Source: a virus (taxonomy: Duplodnaviria; Caudoviricetes). Taken from it: 64,000 bases of DNA. Where the stretch lies: positions 10,166 through 74,165 of the IMG/VR virus record IMGVR_UViG_3300020045_008916; one strand, written 5' to 3'. Position numbers and translations under genes: made by a program. The notes under the pieces were generated by a model. It was given only the letters and a program-made list of their open reading frames with translations, was not told where the DNA came from and did no database searches. Positions within the stretch are counted from its first letter, which is position 1. Each line of letters opens with the position of its first letter. Shown here in pieces: positions 31,076 to 40,802 of this stretch.

Positions 31076-31576
31076 TTATTTATACTTGGTCGGGTCGATG
31101 TTTATTGTGAACTTTCCAATTTTTGTTGCATAGGCCACGCAATTTGCTGTCCCACCTTCGGTTCCATCCCAAACAGATAAAACCATGTTGCAATTATCGC
31201 ACATCCACACATTACGTGCTTGCATACACCATTTTGTAAAAGGTTCTTCTGAAACATAAACAACTTTATCCGCTTTACTTGTAATTTCTTTCCATAATTT
31301 TTTGGAAGAAGCTACCCACTTTGAACTGTGGTCTTTGCAAGGTATTGCGCATATCAGTTTTATGTATGGATATTTTTCTTTTAGCTTCAAAACAGAAAGT
31401 GCTGCCCAAGTATCTATGCCTAAAGCCATGCCAGAAATAAACACATTTGCCTTATTTTCTAGTATGAGCTTTTCAATTCTTTCGTGCAAAGCCCAGAGAA
31501 GCTCTTTGTTGTCTTTAGCCTCGTAGCCGTTCAGAGACGCTGGCCTATGGCCTGTAAATGCTACTATATAGTTCAT
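31076..31576 (-). CDS. SLOG family (YspA-like) protein
   Basis: VAFTGHRP, FISGMALGID, RNVWMCD, VWDGTEGGTANCVAYA. Confidence 0.85.
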   Translation of the reverse strand: MNYIVAFTGHRPASLNGYEAKDNKELLWALHERIEKLILENKANVFISGMALGIDTWAALSVLKLKEKYPYIKLICAIPCKDHSSKWVASSKKLWKEITSKADKVVYVSEEPFTKWCMQARNVWMCDNCNMVLSVWDGTEGGTANCVAYATKIGKFTINIDPTKYK

Positions 31577-31589
31577 ACTTTCTTTTTAG

Positions 31590-31662
31590 CGCATTCTCTC
31601 GGAGTCGAACCGAGGTACATCAGAGTCTGTCAGTCTGTGCTCTACCGCTGAGCTAAGAATGC
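31590..31662 (-). tRNA. Atypical tRNA with an undetermined anticodon (open 9-nt loop CUGACAGAC); CCA not encoded
   Basis: Perfect acceptor GCATTCT/AGAATGC, D arm GCTC/GAGC, T arm CTCGG-TTCGACT-CCGAG; anticodon stem only 4 bp; G73 followed by CTA. Confidence 0.8.
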
Positions 31663-31668
31663 TTCTGT

Positions 31669-31923
31669 TTAATATTTTTCTAAGACAATTACAGCTCTTT
31701 GCCAGCCTTCGTCCTCGCTGAGAACCACGGACTTTACAATATAGCCTCCTTTAACTTGCTGAAGGATATAAGCAGCAACGTCATCTTGTATTCCCCATTT
31801 TCCGTGAAAAGCTTTTACTATTACGGAAGTAGGCCTAGCTGGTTTCATTGTACTCTCAACACCAGCGGCAATTGATACGGTCAGGAATATTCCCAACACA
31901 AAACTTAATAGTATCTTTCTCAT
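31669..31923 (-). CDS. Small secreted or membrane-anchored hypothetical protein
   Basis: N-terminal hydrophobic signal-like segment. Confidence 0.55.
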   Translation of the reverse strand: MRKILLSFVLGIFLTVSIAAGVESTMKPARPTSVIVKAFHGKWGIQDDVAAYILQQVKGGYIVKSVVLSEDEGWQRAVIVLEKY

Positions 31924-31927
31924 GATG

Positions 31928-31959
31928 CAATATTACGTTAAATTATTTAATCCTACAAA
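31928..31959 (-). promoter_or_regulatory. Promoter for the ORF-tRNA-SLOG unit
   Basis: AAATTTG ... TAATATTG, 28-bp spacing. Confidence 0.6.
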
Positions 31960-31965
31960 TTTATT

Positions 31966-32937
31966 TTAAAATTCTTCGTCTGTACTAAAAATCCTGTCAA
32001 TCAAATCTCCAAGCCAATTACTATCCATTTTAAAATCTGGATGTCTTTCAACATGCTCTCTTAAAACTTTAATCAAAGTTTCAAAGTAAGCAACATCAAC
32101 GCCAATCAACTGTTCCTCAAGCACATCGGGATTTGTTAAATCAAGCTCAGAAGTCTGAAATAACATTTTAAGATAATCGCCAGCACTTACAGTCCATTTT
32201 CTGTTGATAAATTTCTTTGTGCGAATTACAGAAGTTAGAGGATATTTAGAACCTTGATACTTCAGCTGTTTTGTTAAGATTGAGACAAGGGCAGATGAGT
32301 TTACAACTAGACCATCATTAAAAGTAAAATAATTTGTAGCATGGATAAAGTCGAATGTACTGTGGATTTTCTCAGGAGTTCCCGTAAATCTTAGTACAAT
32401 CTGAATATTATCGTGCAAGCTGATTGCATTTGGAGAGATGTAAGAAGGTTGATAAGGTTTTGGTTCTTGTGCTGGTTCTCCTTCTTTAGGAAGTGGCTGC
32501 TCAATCTTTTTACCTCCCGACTCATAAAAGAAAATTTTAATCTGCTCTGGCTGCAAGGTTCTCAATGCAACTGTTTTCTTTGCATCGTGAGTATCAAAAC
32601 TGAAAATTCCATCCTCATCTTCAGCCTCTTTAGGTTTACCTCCTGTAAGCTCTCCTCGCCAATACCCTGATATTAATCCTTGTTTTAATCTTCCATCAAA
32701 TATCTCTATTCCTGAAATGCCTTTAGTGTAATAAGTAGCTAAATCTTTTGCTACTTGCTGACTCTGAATATAAACATCATAATCGTTTACCTCTTCATTT
32801 AAAAATAGAGACGTAATACTGCCACCACTTAAAAGCAAAGACTCTTTTACTTTTTCTCTGAGAGGTTTGTCTTCGATACTTTCTAGCCACGCTAAAAGTT
32901 TTTTCTTAATTACCTTTTCAATTGTTTTTATTTGCAT
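31966..32937 (-). CDS. Pol-beta-superfamily nucleotidyltransferase-like phage protein
   Basis: LLSGGSITS...VNDYDVY (GG..DxD), FDFIHATNYF, GSKYPL.S.IR..KF. Confidence 0.65.
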   Translation of the reverse strand: MQIKTIEKVIKKKLLAWLESIEDKPLREKVKESLLLSGGSITSLFLNEEVNDYDVYIQSQQVAKDLATYYTKGISGIEIFDGRLKQGLISGYWRGELTGGKPKEAEDEDGIFSFDTHDAKKTVALRTLQPEQIKIFFYESGGKKIEQPLPKEGEPAQEPKPYQPSYISPNAISLHDNIQIVLRFTGTPEKIHSTFDFIHATNYFTFNDGLVVNSSALVSILTKQLKYQGSKYPLTSVIRTKKFINRKWTVSAGDYLKMLFQTSELDLTNPDVLEEQLIGVDVAYFETLIKVLREHVERHPDFKMDSNWLGDLIDRIFSTDEEF

Positions 32938-33971
32938 TTTTTTTGATTTTTAATAATAAATTCTACGACCTGAAATACATCCCAGTCGGTGTCTGCTAAA
33001 TCCCAGCCTGAAGGATACTGTTTTACGTGTTCAGGTTTTACCCAATACAAGGTAGTTCCCCAAGTGCCCACTAACTCCTGACGTATATGGTTAAAAGCTT
33101 TAGGACTTGGCTGCTCAATATACGGTCTAGCTTCAGTAGTAGAGGCCATAGCATCATAGTCATTATCAGGTACTAGATAAACCTCTCTCCCAATAAGTAC
33201 CGACCAGTCAGCCCTAGCCACAGTTTCTGCACCTCCCTGCCAGCATATGACAACTACCTTTGCAGGGTCGAACATCTTTTGCAGAAAATCTACACACTTC
33301 TCACCCTCAACTACCAGTACCTTTGCTACAGGGTTCTCTCTCAATCGCTCAAGGCCATAAATTGGCTTACTTTCACCAAAACCTATAAACCTAGGAACGA
33401 TATCTCCAACTTTGTGAAATTTTCCAGCACCTTTACCCTCATACTCATATTCCCACCCCTCTTTTACACACGTTGCCCAGTTGAATGGGAGTATCTGCTT
33501 TTTACCGTGTTTATCGTAATACCTTAACACATATCCAACCACATCACGAAACTCGTTAAAATAGGGGTACGTATCAGCTGGTTTGCCAAATTTAGAATGT
33601 ATAAACTTGATTGGGTCTATAGGTTCTTTTCTTCGGATATAAATCCACTCTGCTAAGGGTACAAGCACTCTTACGGGCTTCTTTTCAATTCCTGCAAGAG
33701 TGACACCTTCCTTCAATGCCTCTACGGTCTCTTTAAAGCTTTTACCTAAATTAGTAAGAAAACCGATAACATCTCCACCAGAACCGCAGCTGTAGCACTT
33801 ATAGCTTTGCTTTCTTTCGTCAACTTTAAAAGACCCTATATTCTCATCGGGGTGAAAGCAGCATAAGCCTGTATAGTAGTTCCCAACTTTTTGTAAAGTC
33901 GTAACCTGACCGATAACATCAACTATGTTCACCTTATCTTTTAGCTCTTCAATTTCTTCTTCAGGTATCAT
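32928..33971 (-). CDS. dnaG: DNA primase (CHC2 zinc finger plus Toprim)
   Basis: CCFH...YKCYSC; VVEGEKC, WQGG, PDND, GWDLAD. Confidence 0.85.
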   Translation of the reverse strand: MIPEEEIEELKDKVNIVDVIGQVTTLQKVGNYYTGLCCFHPDENIGSFKVDERKQSYKCYSCGSGGDVIGFLTNLGKSFKETVEALKEGVTLAGIEKKPVRVLVPLAEWIYIRRKEPIDPIKFIHSKFGKPADTYPYFNEFRDVVGYVLRYYDKHGKKQILPFNWATCVKEGWEYEYEGKGAGKFHKVGDIVPRFIGFGESKPIYGLERLRENPVAKVLVVEGEKCVDFLQKMFDPAKVVVICWQGGAETVARADWSVLIGREVYLVPDNDYDAMASTTEARPYIEQPSPKAFNHIRQELVGTWGTTLYWVKPEHVKQYPSGWDLADTDWDVFQVVEFIIKNQKKCK

Positions 33972-34712
33972 TATAGTGAGGTTACTAGTTCTGCATACTT
34001 TAAAATAGCTCTGTCCCTGTCTCTACCTACGCTCCATGCTGTAATCCCAAAGTTCTCTGTACTAGGATAGCTTTCACGTTCTGGCATCATTATCCCAAAT
34101 ACTTCTCCCTCTTGCAAAATTTTTACAAGAAACAGTTCATGCCCTACGATACTACCTTCATCATCTACCTGTTCATACAGGGCTACTTTTTCGCTCCTCA
34201 CCACTTGATTGAAGGTGAAGCCTACTCTTTTTATCGTTATCTCTAGTTCTTGCATTGTTCTGTTTTTTAAATTCCTTGTACTTTATTAAAGCTACTTTGT
34301 AGGTTATGTGGATAGCGTCAAAAACATTACCTAAAAGATAAGCATATGGTTCTTCAGAAGAAGCTGTTTTATCAATTTCCATTCCTCTAGGAAAAAGAAT
34401 ATCTTTAACAACGTGAAAGGCTTCGTGTACTCCTGTATTGTTTGTATATCTGTTAATGTCAAATATTACAAGGTTCCAGCTTTTACCATTTTTTAACTTA
34501 ACATTCGTAACTTGGGCGCACACATTTTTACTATAAGGTAGATGATGTTTTATTTCTTTTTCCGTTGCCCCGTTGCTTTTAAGTGTTTCAGTTATTTCCT
34601 GTTTCAGATTATTTGTAAAGACTATCTGCCAATTGTGGTGATAAATACTATTGTCATAATCAGCTACATGGGTAAACAGTTTTTCTTTTATCTTAGTTTT
34701 TGAAGCGGTCAT
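33971..34712 (-). CDS. Two hypothetical proteins (33971-34255; 34173-34712 with HEAFH HExxH motif)
   Basis: ORF track; VHEAFHVV. Confidence 0.5.
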
Positions 34713-35040
34713 ATTTACTTTTATCTAATGTCATGTGTCTGTCTGTGCTGCTATTGAGCCAAGCTGTTTTTACTGTTCCGTTAGCTAGTATGGCCATTAT
34801 CAAATCGAATTTGCTACAGTGCGGTATTCTTACAAGAACTTTGCTGGTTGTCAGATTATCTTGAGTTTCCACTTCAATGATATTCCACTTGCTAACAACT
34901 ATTGAGCTGGGAAGTTTAATTCTCCCATAACGGTCAATCGTAGCTTCAGAAACTGCATGAGAGCTATACGTTAGTTCAAAGAGCTTGTTGATGGGCAAAT
35001 CCAAACTTTTTGGAAAGCCTAATTGTTTATGATAAAGCAT
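34693..35040 (-). CDS. Small conserved phage protein, possible RelE/DUF4258-like RNase fold
   Basis: YSSHA...DRYG, VKTAWLN..DRH pattern. Confidence 0.4.
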   Translation of the reverse strand: MLYHKQLGFPKSLDLPINKLFELTYSSHAVSEATIDRYGRIKLPSSIVVSKWNIIEVETQDNLTTSKVLVRIPHCSKFDLIMAILANGTVKTAWLNSSTDRHMTLDKSKYDRFKN

Positions 35041-35156
35041 TGTCAGCTAACATATTAATTAATAGTAAAAGCCATTCGCATCCCGTAACAGCACAATATC
35101 TGGACTGCATCAAGTATAGCTGCACTCCTGTGCCTAGGTTGAGTATTTTCATGTTA

Positions 35157-35186
35157 CAAAGGTAATTGATTTTTCGGGATTACAAA
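35157..35186 (-). promoter_or_regulatory. Bacteroidota promoter
   Basis: TTTG ... TACCTTTG. Confidence 0.65.
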
Positions 35187-35198
35187 ATTTATTTAAAA

Positions 35199-38100
35199 TT
35201 AGTGGCAACCAGCCCAAGTTTTGTTACAAATCCATTCATGGCCGAGGGCTACATTAAGGTTCATCAGATTTCCTGTTTTCTGAATAGCATTAGCTATGGC
35301 TCTTGAAATATCGTTTGGCATAGTTATATACCACTTTTTACCGTGGGATACTGCACTAAGCTGTTCACCCTTCCATTCCTTAGCAAAAGCATTTGCCTCA
35401 TCTTCTGTTTCAAAAACCTTGAACTCCATAAGCGTGGGATTAACAGCTAGTTGGTTCTCATCGTGGTACTCAATCATGCTACAACAATCTGGCCTACCTA
35501 CAAAAGGGTCGGTACAATATCCTTTTTCTTCAAGCTCTTGCATCAAAAACATGGTTGTATATTTTGCACAGATAACCCCAGCACTCTGGAACAAGGCGTT
35601 AAGAATACTGTGCTGGCTCCTAATGTTTATTTTTCTACCATCGATACTCCTAATGTATTTTTTACCAGTGCTTAACCACTCCTTTTCCATAGCATCCTTA
35701 GCTTCTTTCAAAGCAGGTGCCGCTTCCCAAAAACCATTATACAGTTCTTCGCCTCTTTCTCTCCCCACCACAAACATCTTCATTATTTTAGCTATTTGAG
35801 CACCATACGTTATGGAGTATTTGAAACTTTTAGCATCTGACCTGCTGATACTCAGCACTTTAGCATTTACGGAGTGGATGTCATCGGGCTTTTCTGCAAT
35901 CATAGCTTTTGAATATGCTATTCCATCTGTACCTCTGTAGCAATAGTGGCCTTCTATTCTAGCCTCCAAGCTACTGAAGTCAAAACCACATTGAAGAAAA
36001 CCTACTCCTGCTCCAAACAAACTTCGCATTTCTACCCCATACGTTGATGTTGGTCTAGCCACATTAGCAACACCTATGTGCTTGTACCTGTGTGTGTTGT
36101 GAGTTACAATACCGTTTGAAACATAGCTGTGTGCATTTTCAATAGTAAGGTCATAAGTAGACTCTCTTCCTTTATAAATTAGAGATTTTATTTTTGTAGG
36201 TTTATAGTCTGGCTTGAAAGTATATTCTAAATATTGGTCATTCTCAATGTTCCATCTAATACCTCTACGTATTTGGCTGACAGTTTCTCTACAAACGCCA
36301 TATTTTTCGGCTACTCTTCTATCGTCTCCCTTGTTATATCCTTTTTTAAAATACTCCCTAATCTCTTCTATATCTTTTTGCTTTAGTTTTGTATCGGAAC
36401 CCTGTCTCCTTCGCTTACCAATGCCCCCATGTAATTTTATATCAAATTTATTTTCTTTGGAAGTGCCATATTTCAAATTGCTTAGGAAATTATTAAAAGT
36501 ATTACCATCTAAATGTCTACACTCTAAATCTGACAAGCCTTGAAAAGTTTCAAGAACAGCTCTTCCGATAGATTTTCTTACTTTTGTTCTTCCATCTCCA
36601 ACATAGAAATCAAAGGTTACAGGCCTTCCAGAGTGTTTCTCAGCAACCATCGGACTTAAGTACCTACCACGCTTTGTCCTAATTCTTCCCCAAGAGGATA
36701 CTTCATACTTATCAAAACTGGGATATTCCTTCCAAATTTCTTCCCCTTCATAAGAAAACACCAAATCGTTATCCTGTAATTCTTGGCACGTGACCCAACC
36801 CCTCTCAGTTAAAAATGGATGATTACCCGTGCATCTTAGCGTAGCTAAATTTTCTAGAGTCACTTCCCAAACATCTTTTATACCATTCTCAATTTTATCA
36901 ATCGCTTTTTCGTATTTTCCAGTGTGTGTTAAAACTCTATCTACATTTTCAATCACATCAACAATCCTTTTCAAACCATTGTTTGTAATTATTAACGTAT
37001 CCTCAGTGACACAGGAAGCACCAATTTCTATTGCTGGTGTTGGTACTCGGCCATCCTCCTCGCGATAGTTTTTCAGAAATCCCGTATTTGGCACCTCGGT
37101 ATCCATATCCATCTCCTCAATATCTCCACCTGCTATGGTAGACTTTCTGTGGCGATATGTCAGGTAATCTGCAAAGTCTTTAGCAAAGGCAACTTTCTCT
37201 CCCAAGGCTATCAGATTAGGACAAAGCTCTTTCTCCACTCCAACCCGTACGGCAGGAGATGTTGGCACACGAACAGGTTTTCTATCTCCCAATCGCTTTT
37301 TGATTTTCATATACACCGTATCTTCATCAGCCTTTAGAAATTCCAATCGTTGTGCCTTGTATTTTCCTCCCATTGTGTCAGCGTACCACCTATCTAGGGC
37401 TTTAATCCTTTTGTCCAGTGGAATGGTCTGTTTCTTGCTATCCTTCGTTAAATCCCTCTCCTTCCAATCGCTCGGGTTCCAGCCCAGTTCTATTAAATAC
37501 ATTTTTACAGTATCCAAGTCATCAATCTCCGCTGGTACTTCTGTTTTCAAAGGTTCGGTCAGTGGAAGCGTATAGGTCGTTCCCTCGTATAAAAAGCTTT
37601 CACCATTTAAAGTAGCTCCCAAGTTTTCTGCAAACCTAAGCATACTCTGGGTATAACTCCCATCTTTTTTGACCTGCTGTACAGGGGGAGTATAGAAACT
37701 CTTCTCTGTTTGGGTCAACTTCCTTTTGGGTAGTATCGGATTTACCTTGTTCGCAAGTTCGGTAAGCTTATTGTCCAAGTCAATCAGAAGTCTCAATGCA
37801 AGCGGCTTATCAAAGAAGAAACCCAAAGTCTCCCGCCTGATTGCGATATCCGCTAGTTTATGTTCCTGCTTAATGGCCATTCGCCAGCCATCATATCCTG
37901 CCAGTTCCTGTGTAAGAGCTTTATATGTAGAAGCTGTGGATGAGCAATCCTGGATACAGTAGTCTGTCATTAAATCATTGAACTCCCAAAACTCTGCACC
38001 TTTAGGGTCACTCTTGTCAATATACCCTGCCTCAATGCACTTTTCCCTATAATCTGTCTTGAAATTTCCTGTACGTAAACCCCAAGCCATCAGTCCATGC

Positions 38101-38474
38101 CCTCCCAATCTATCTGGATTTGACATTCTAGAAAGGATAAGCGTATCGAGAAATCGCATTTCCCTTCCAAAACACGTGTCTGATTGTTCCAAATATCCAA
38201 TAGTATATTCAAGAACTCCAAACAATCTTAGAGCAGGTAAATCGAATTTTATACCATTGTGAGCTAGAATATAATCATAGGGCTCCAATGCGGCCTTCAT
38301 CCAGTCTTTTGTGATATCTTCTTTTTCTGCTGAGACATATTCACCAGTAGCATAGTCTCGAACTACCACACACCATAATCTTGCTGTATCTTTTAACTTG
38401 TAAGGAAAACTCCTATGGTCAATCATTTCTTCAAGAAGGTTGTTGGACTCTATATCTATGATACCTATTTTCAT
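35199..38474 (-). CDS. polA: Family A (T7-like) DNA polymerase with 3'-5' exonuclease and an intein
   Basis: IDIESN, HNGIKFD, YCIQD; motif A FDFSSLEAR, motif B RSDAKSFKYSITYGA (Tyr at the 762-equivalent position), motif C YHDENQ. Confidence 0.93.
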   Translation of the reverse strand: MKIGIIDIESNNLLEEMIDHRSFPYKLKDTARLWCVVVRDYATGEYVSAEKEDITKDWMKAALEPYDYILAHNGIKFDLPALRLFGVLEYTIGYLEQSDTCFGREMRFLDTLILSRMSNPDRLGGHGLMAWGLRTGNFKTDYREKCIEAGYIDKSDPKGAEFWEFNDLMTDYCIQDCSSTASTYKALTQELAGYDGWRMAIKQEHKLADIAIRRETLGFFFDKPLALRLLIDLDNKLTELANKVNPILPKRKLTQTEKSFYTPPVQQVKKDGSYTQSMLRFAENLGATLNGESFLYEGTTYTLPLTEPLKTEVPAEIDDLDTVKMYLIELGWNPSDWKERDLTKDSKKQTIPLDKRIKALDRWYADTMGGKYKAQRLEFLKADEDTVYMKIKKRLGDRKPVRVPTSPAVRVGVEKELCPNLIALGEKVAFAKDFADYLTYRHRKSTIAGGDIEEMDMDTEVPNTGFLKNYREEDGRVPTPAIEIGASCVTEDTLIITNNGLKRIVDVIENVDRVLTHTGKYEKAIDKIENGIKDVWEVTLENLATLRCTGNHPFLTERGWVTCQELQDNDLVFSYEGEEIWKEYPSFDKYEVSSWGRIRTKRGRYLSPMVAEKHSGRPVTFDFYVGDGRTKVRKSIGRAVLETFQGLSDLECRHLDGNTFNNFLSNLKYGTSKENKFDIKLHGGIGKRRRQGSDTKLKQKDIEEIREYFKKGYNKGDDRRVAEKYGVCRETVSQIRRGIRWNIENDQYLEYTFKPDYKPTKIKSLIYKGRESTYDLTIENAHSYVSNGIVTHNTHRYKHIGVANVARPTSTYGVEMRSLFGAGVGFLQCGFDFSSLEARIEGHYCYRGTDGIAYSKAMIAEKPDDIHSVNAKVLSISRSDAKSFKYSITYGAQIAKIMKMFVVGRERGEELYNGFWEAAPALKEAKDAMEKEWLSTGKKYIRSIDGRKINIRSQHSILNALFQSAGVICAKYTTMFLMQELEEKGYCTDPFVGRPDCCSMIEYHDENQLAVNPTLMEFKVFETEDEANAFAKEWKGEQLSAVSHGKKWYITMPNDISRAIANAIQKTGNLMNLNVALGHEWICNKTWAGCH
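36096..37013 (-). mobile_element. 306-aa intein carrying a NUMOD4-HNH endonuclease
   Basis: Begins CVTEDT, contains CTGNHPF, ends YVSNGIVTHN with +1 Thr; internal EEIWKEYP..YEVSSWGRIR and CRHLDGNTFNN..SNL.Y.TSKEN. Confidence 0.92.
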
Positions 38475-39185
38475 CTATTTGTCTTTGGTTAGCTGAAGAT
38501 GTAGTGCGCCACCTACTAGTCTTGTTTTTACAATGCTATGCTTAGAAAGTTTAAAGCCAACTTCGAACATATCTTTTAATAAGTCATCAGCTATTACCAA
38601 TGTTAGTTCTTCTTGTTCTTGATTTTGTTTGTACTGTGCATTCAAAGCTACTATTTTTTCATATAGCTCTATATCGTTATCTGTCATCTAAAATCCTCCT
38701 CTTTTAATTAATTTTTCAATCTGACTTTCTGATAGGTATTTAAAGCCTGTACGTGCAGCGTTTACGGTGTTCAAAACTTTGAAGGTGCCATTCTCTAGGA
38801 GAGCCTTAGAAAACTCTTCTGTGGCGATAGCCTTACCCTCTATGTCGTAATCCTCGTGTTCGAAGTAATAGGCTAGCTTATAATTCCCGTTTAATTCAGG
38901 TTGAAGCTCAAAACCTTTTGCCCTTAATTCGGATAATGTGAAATATTCTTTCCCGCCCGAACTCTTAATATATAGTGAAAGCTGCTGCTCATCTAGCGGA
39001 AATTTACCATCCCAGACTTTAACATACTCGCCAATAGCATTTACATTTAATGAGTCTGTTGTTAAATACTTACTTGTTGCATAATTATCTCGGTCTGCTA
39101 TAAATTGAAGGTAAATTTCATCACCATCTGTAACTTGTTCAAAACCTTTTGCTAGTAATTCTTGTTTACTAAATGTGTTCTTCAT
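38475..39185 (-). CDS. Two hypothetical proteins (38475-38687, 38688-39185)
   Basis: Abutting ORFs upstream of polA. Confidence 0.55.
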
Positions 39186-39377
39186 ATTATGTGTTCTAGT
39201 TCTTATGCTTGTTGGTAAGGGAATTTTGCTTTTAAAGGGTCAGCTGTATTAGAAGTTGCTCTCACCAAATAGGGAGTTTTAGTCAACTCGTTAAACTTTA
39301 CTGCTACGTGGCCACGTTTGATGGCTCTACTAAGTGATTTGAACTTTTTCATATTGTTTATTAAATTTTAACTTCGA

Positions 39378-39471
39378 CAAACATACGGACATTTTGCTTA
39401 CCCCACAAATTTATCTGAAAATAGTTTTTAAAAAATAAATTTTAGAATACGAAATCTTTTATATACTTTTG
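39378..39471. promoter_or_regulatory. Divergent promoter pair
   Basis: Minus: TTTG (39409-06) ... TATGTTTG (39385-78); plus: TACTTTTG at 39464-71. The minus promoter shares TTTCAGATAAATTTGTG with the promoter at 41501. Confidence 0.75.
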
Positions 39472-39494
39472 TCGAAACAAATATCAAAGCGTAT

Positions 39495-40258
39495 ATGACG
39501 ATACAAAGAAAAGACAGAGATTTAGCCGTAACAGTAGAAGATTTAATGCTAAGCCAACGTTTAAAGATTGCTACCCTTTATTATGAACACGCACCTGACC
39601 TTTTAAAAGACTTATTTCTAACGCTCGGTGAAGCAGCACAACAGGCCACCAAAAGCATCATCATTTCCGAATACAACAAGTACGGTTCCCCTAAGAAGGC
39701 CAAAAAAACTTCGGAGGATGGTATCGAGCCTGTAAGTGTTGACGGGCTTCCACAGTATGAAATGGTACCTTATCTAAGAGCTATCAAAGATTTTAGGAAG
39801 TACAACACTTGGTGGAAGATTAAGGAAGGATTGGAACGTGACATTTATTTGGCCGACCCGTTGTTTAAATTAGACGCATCTGGTAGAAAGGCTTTGATTG
39901 AAAAACTAAGGGGTAGCAATTAAGCTGCTCCTTTAAAACTTGAATTTTGAAAGAGACCCTTGGCCAGATATTGTGATTTCTCAAACTCTGGAAATGCAGA
40001 ATGCTTGGGACAAAGTTTTTAGAGATTGGATTATAAATTGTGAAAATGAAAATAACAAAAATACTTGAGAAAAACGACAGGAAATTTGTTGAAGACCTTA
40101 AAAGGGTTTCCGAGTGTCTTGTTATTCCTAATGCTTCTAATGCTTATCTTCCCGTAACAAAAACCAGACTTGCAAAAGAAGCTGAAAGTGAAAAAATTGT
40201 TTACTACTTGACTAAGAAAATTTATAAAGTTGGTCGGGAGGTTATGGTAATAGTTTAA
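39495..40258 (+). CDS. Two hypothetical proteins (39495-39923, 40040-40258)
   Basis: ORF track; downstream of the plus promoter. Confidence 0.55.
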
Positions 40259-40802
40259 AAATTTCATCTAATTTCTCTTGCAAAAAATCCTGAACATGGT
40301 ACGGAAAAGTAATAAGTTTAATACCTTTCTTTTTAGCATATCTTATTTTTAGTTTATCTCTATATTTTTGGTCGGCCAATTTTGCAAAAGTATTGTTAAA
40401 TCTACAAAGCTTATAATGTTGTATGCCATGAAACTCTATCAAAAGATTGTGGGTTTCTACAAAGAAATCATAACGCAAATACAAGCCAGACATCGGATTT
40501 TTACAATCCGAGAATGTTTTCTCCATCACAAAGTCAATATTTTTAGATTTTAAATATTTTTCTATGATACGTTCTCCTGTAGAACAACCTTTTAAGCCTC
40601 TACCTTTAGATGTTGTTTTATCTTTGGGCTGTTTCCGAACTTTAGTTGCAACTGGATTTTCTAATTCTCGAAGTCTTTTTTGCTCAGCTCTTATTTTTCT
40701 TAACTTTTTTAAATTCTCGACATTATCAAGACCGTATTTACTTTTAAAACCCATTATATTTTTACTTTGTTGATTAGATACACGTAGCCTTATACCCCTC
40801 AA
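40242..40802 (-). CDS. Vsr/DUF559-like PD-(D/E)xK homing-endonuclease-like protein (likely start at 40754)
   Basis: STGERIIEKYL..EKTF..LRYDFFV..LLIEFHGIQHY..RDKLK..YA. Confidence 0.7.
   Translation of the reverse strand: MRGIRLRVSNQQSKNIMGFKSKYGLDNVENLKKLRKIRAEQKRLRELENPVATKVRKQPKDKTTSKGRGLKGCSTGERIIEKYLKSKNIDFVMEKTFSDCKNPMSGLYLRYDFFVETHNLLIEFHGIQHYKLCRFNNTFAKLADQKYRDKLKIRYAKKKGIKLITFPYHVQDFLQEKLDEIFKLLP

Noticed and set aside
31560-31590. Theta (HDV-like) ribozyme 3' of the tRNA
   Set aside because: Only 13 nt separate the tRNA from the SLOG start codon, leaving no room for the fold.
35296-38262. Numerous plus-strand ORFs antisense to polA, and similar shadow ORFs opposite structural genes
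   Set aside because: Shadow frames of strongly supported genes, with no promoters or protein-like motifs.
4830-38474. 2-aminoadenine (Z) or 7-deazaguanine genome system
   Set aside because: No PurZ, DatZ, DpdA or Que-pathway genes are recognisable; PolA looks ordinary T7-like. Cannot be excluded outside the window.
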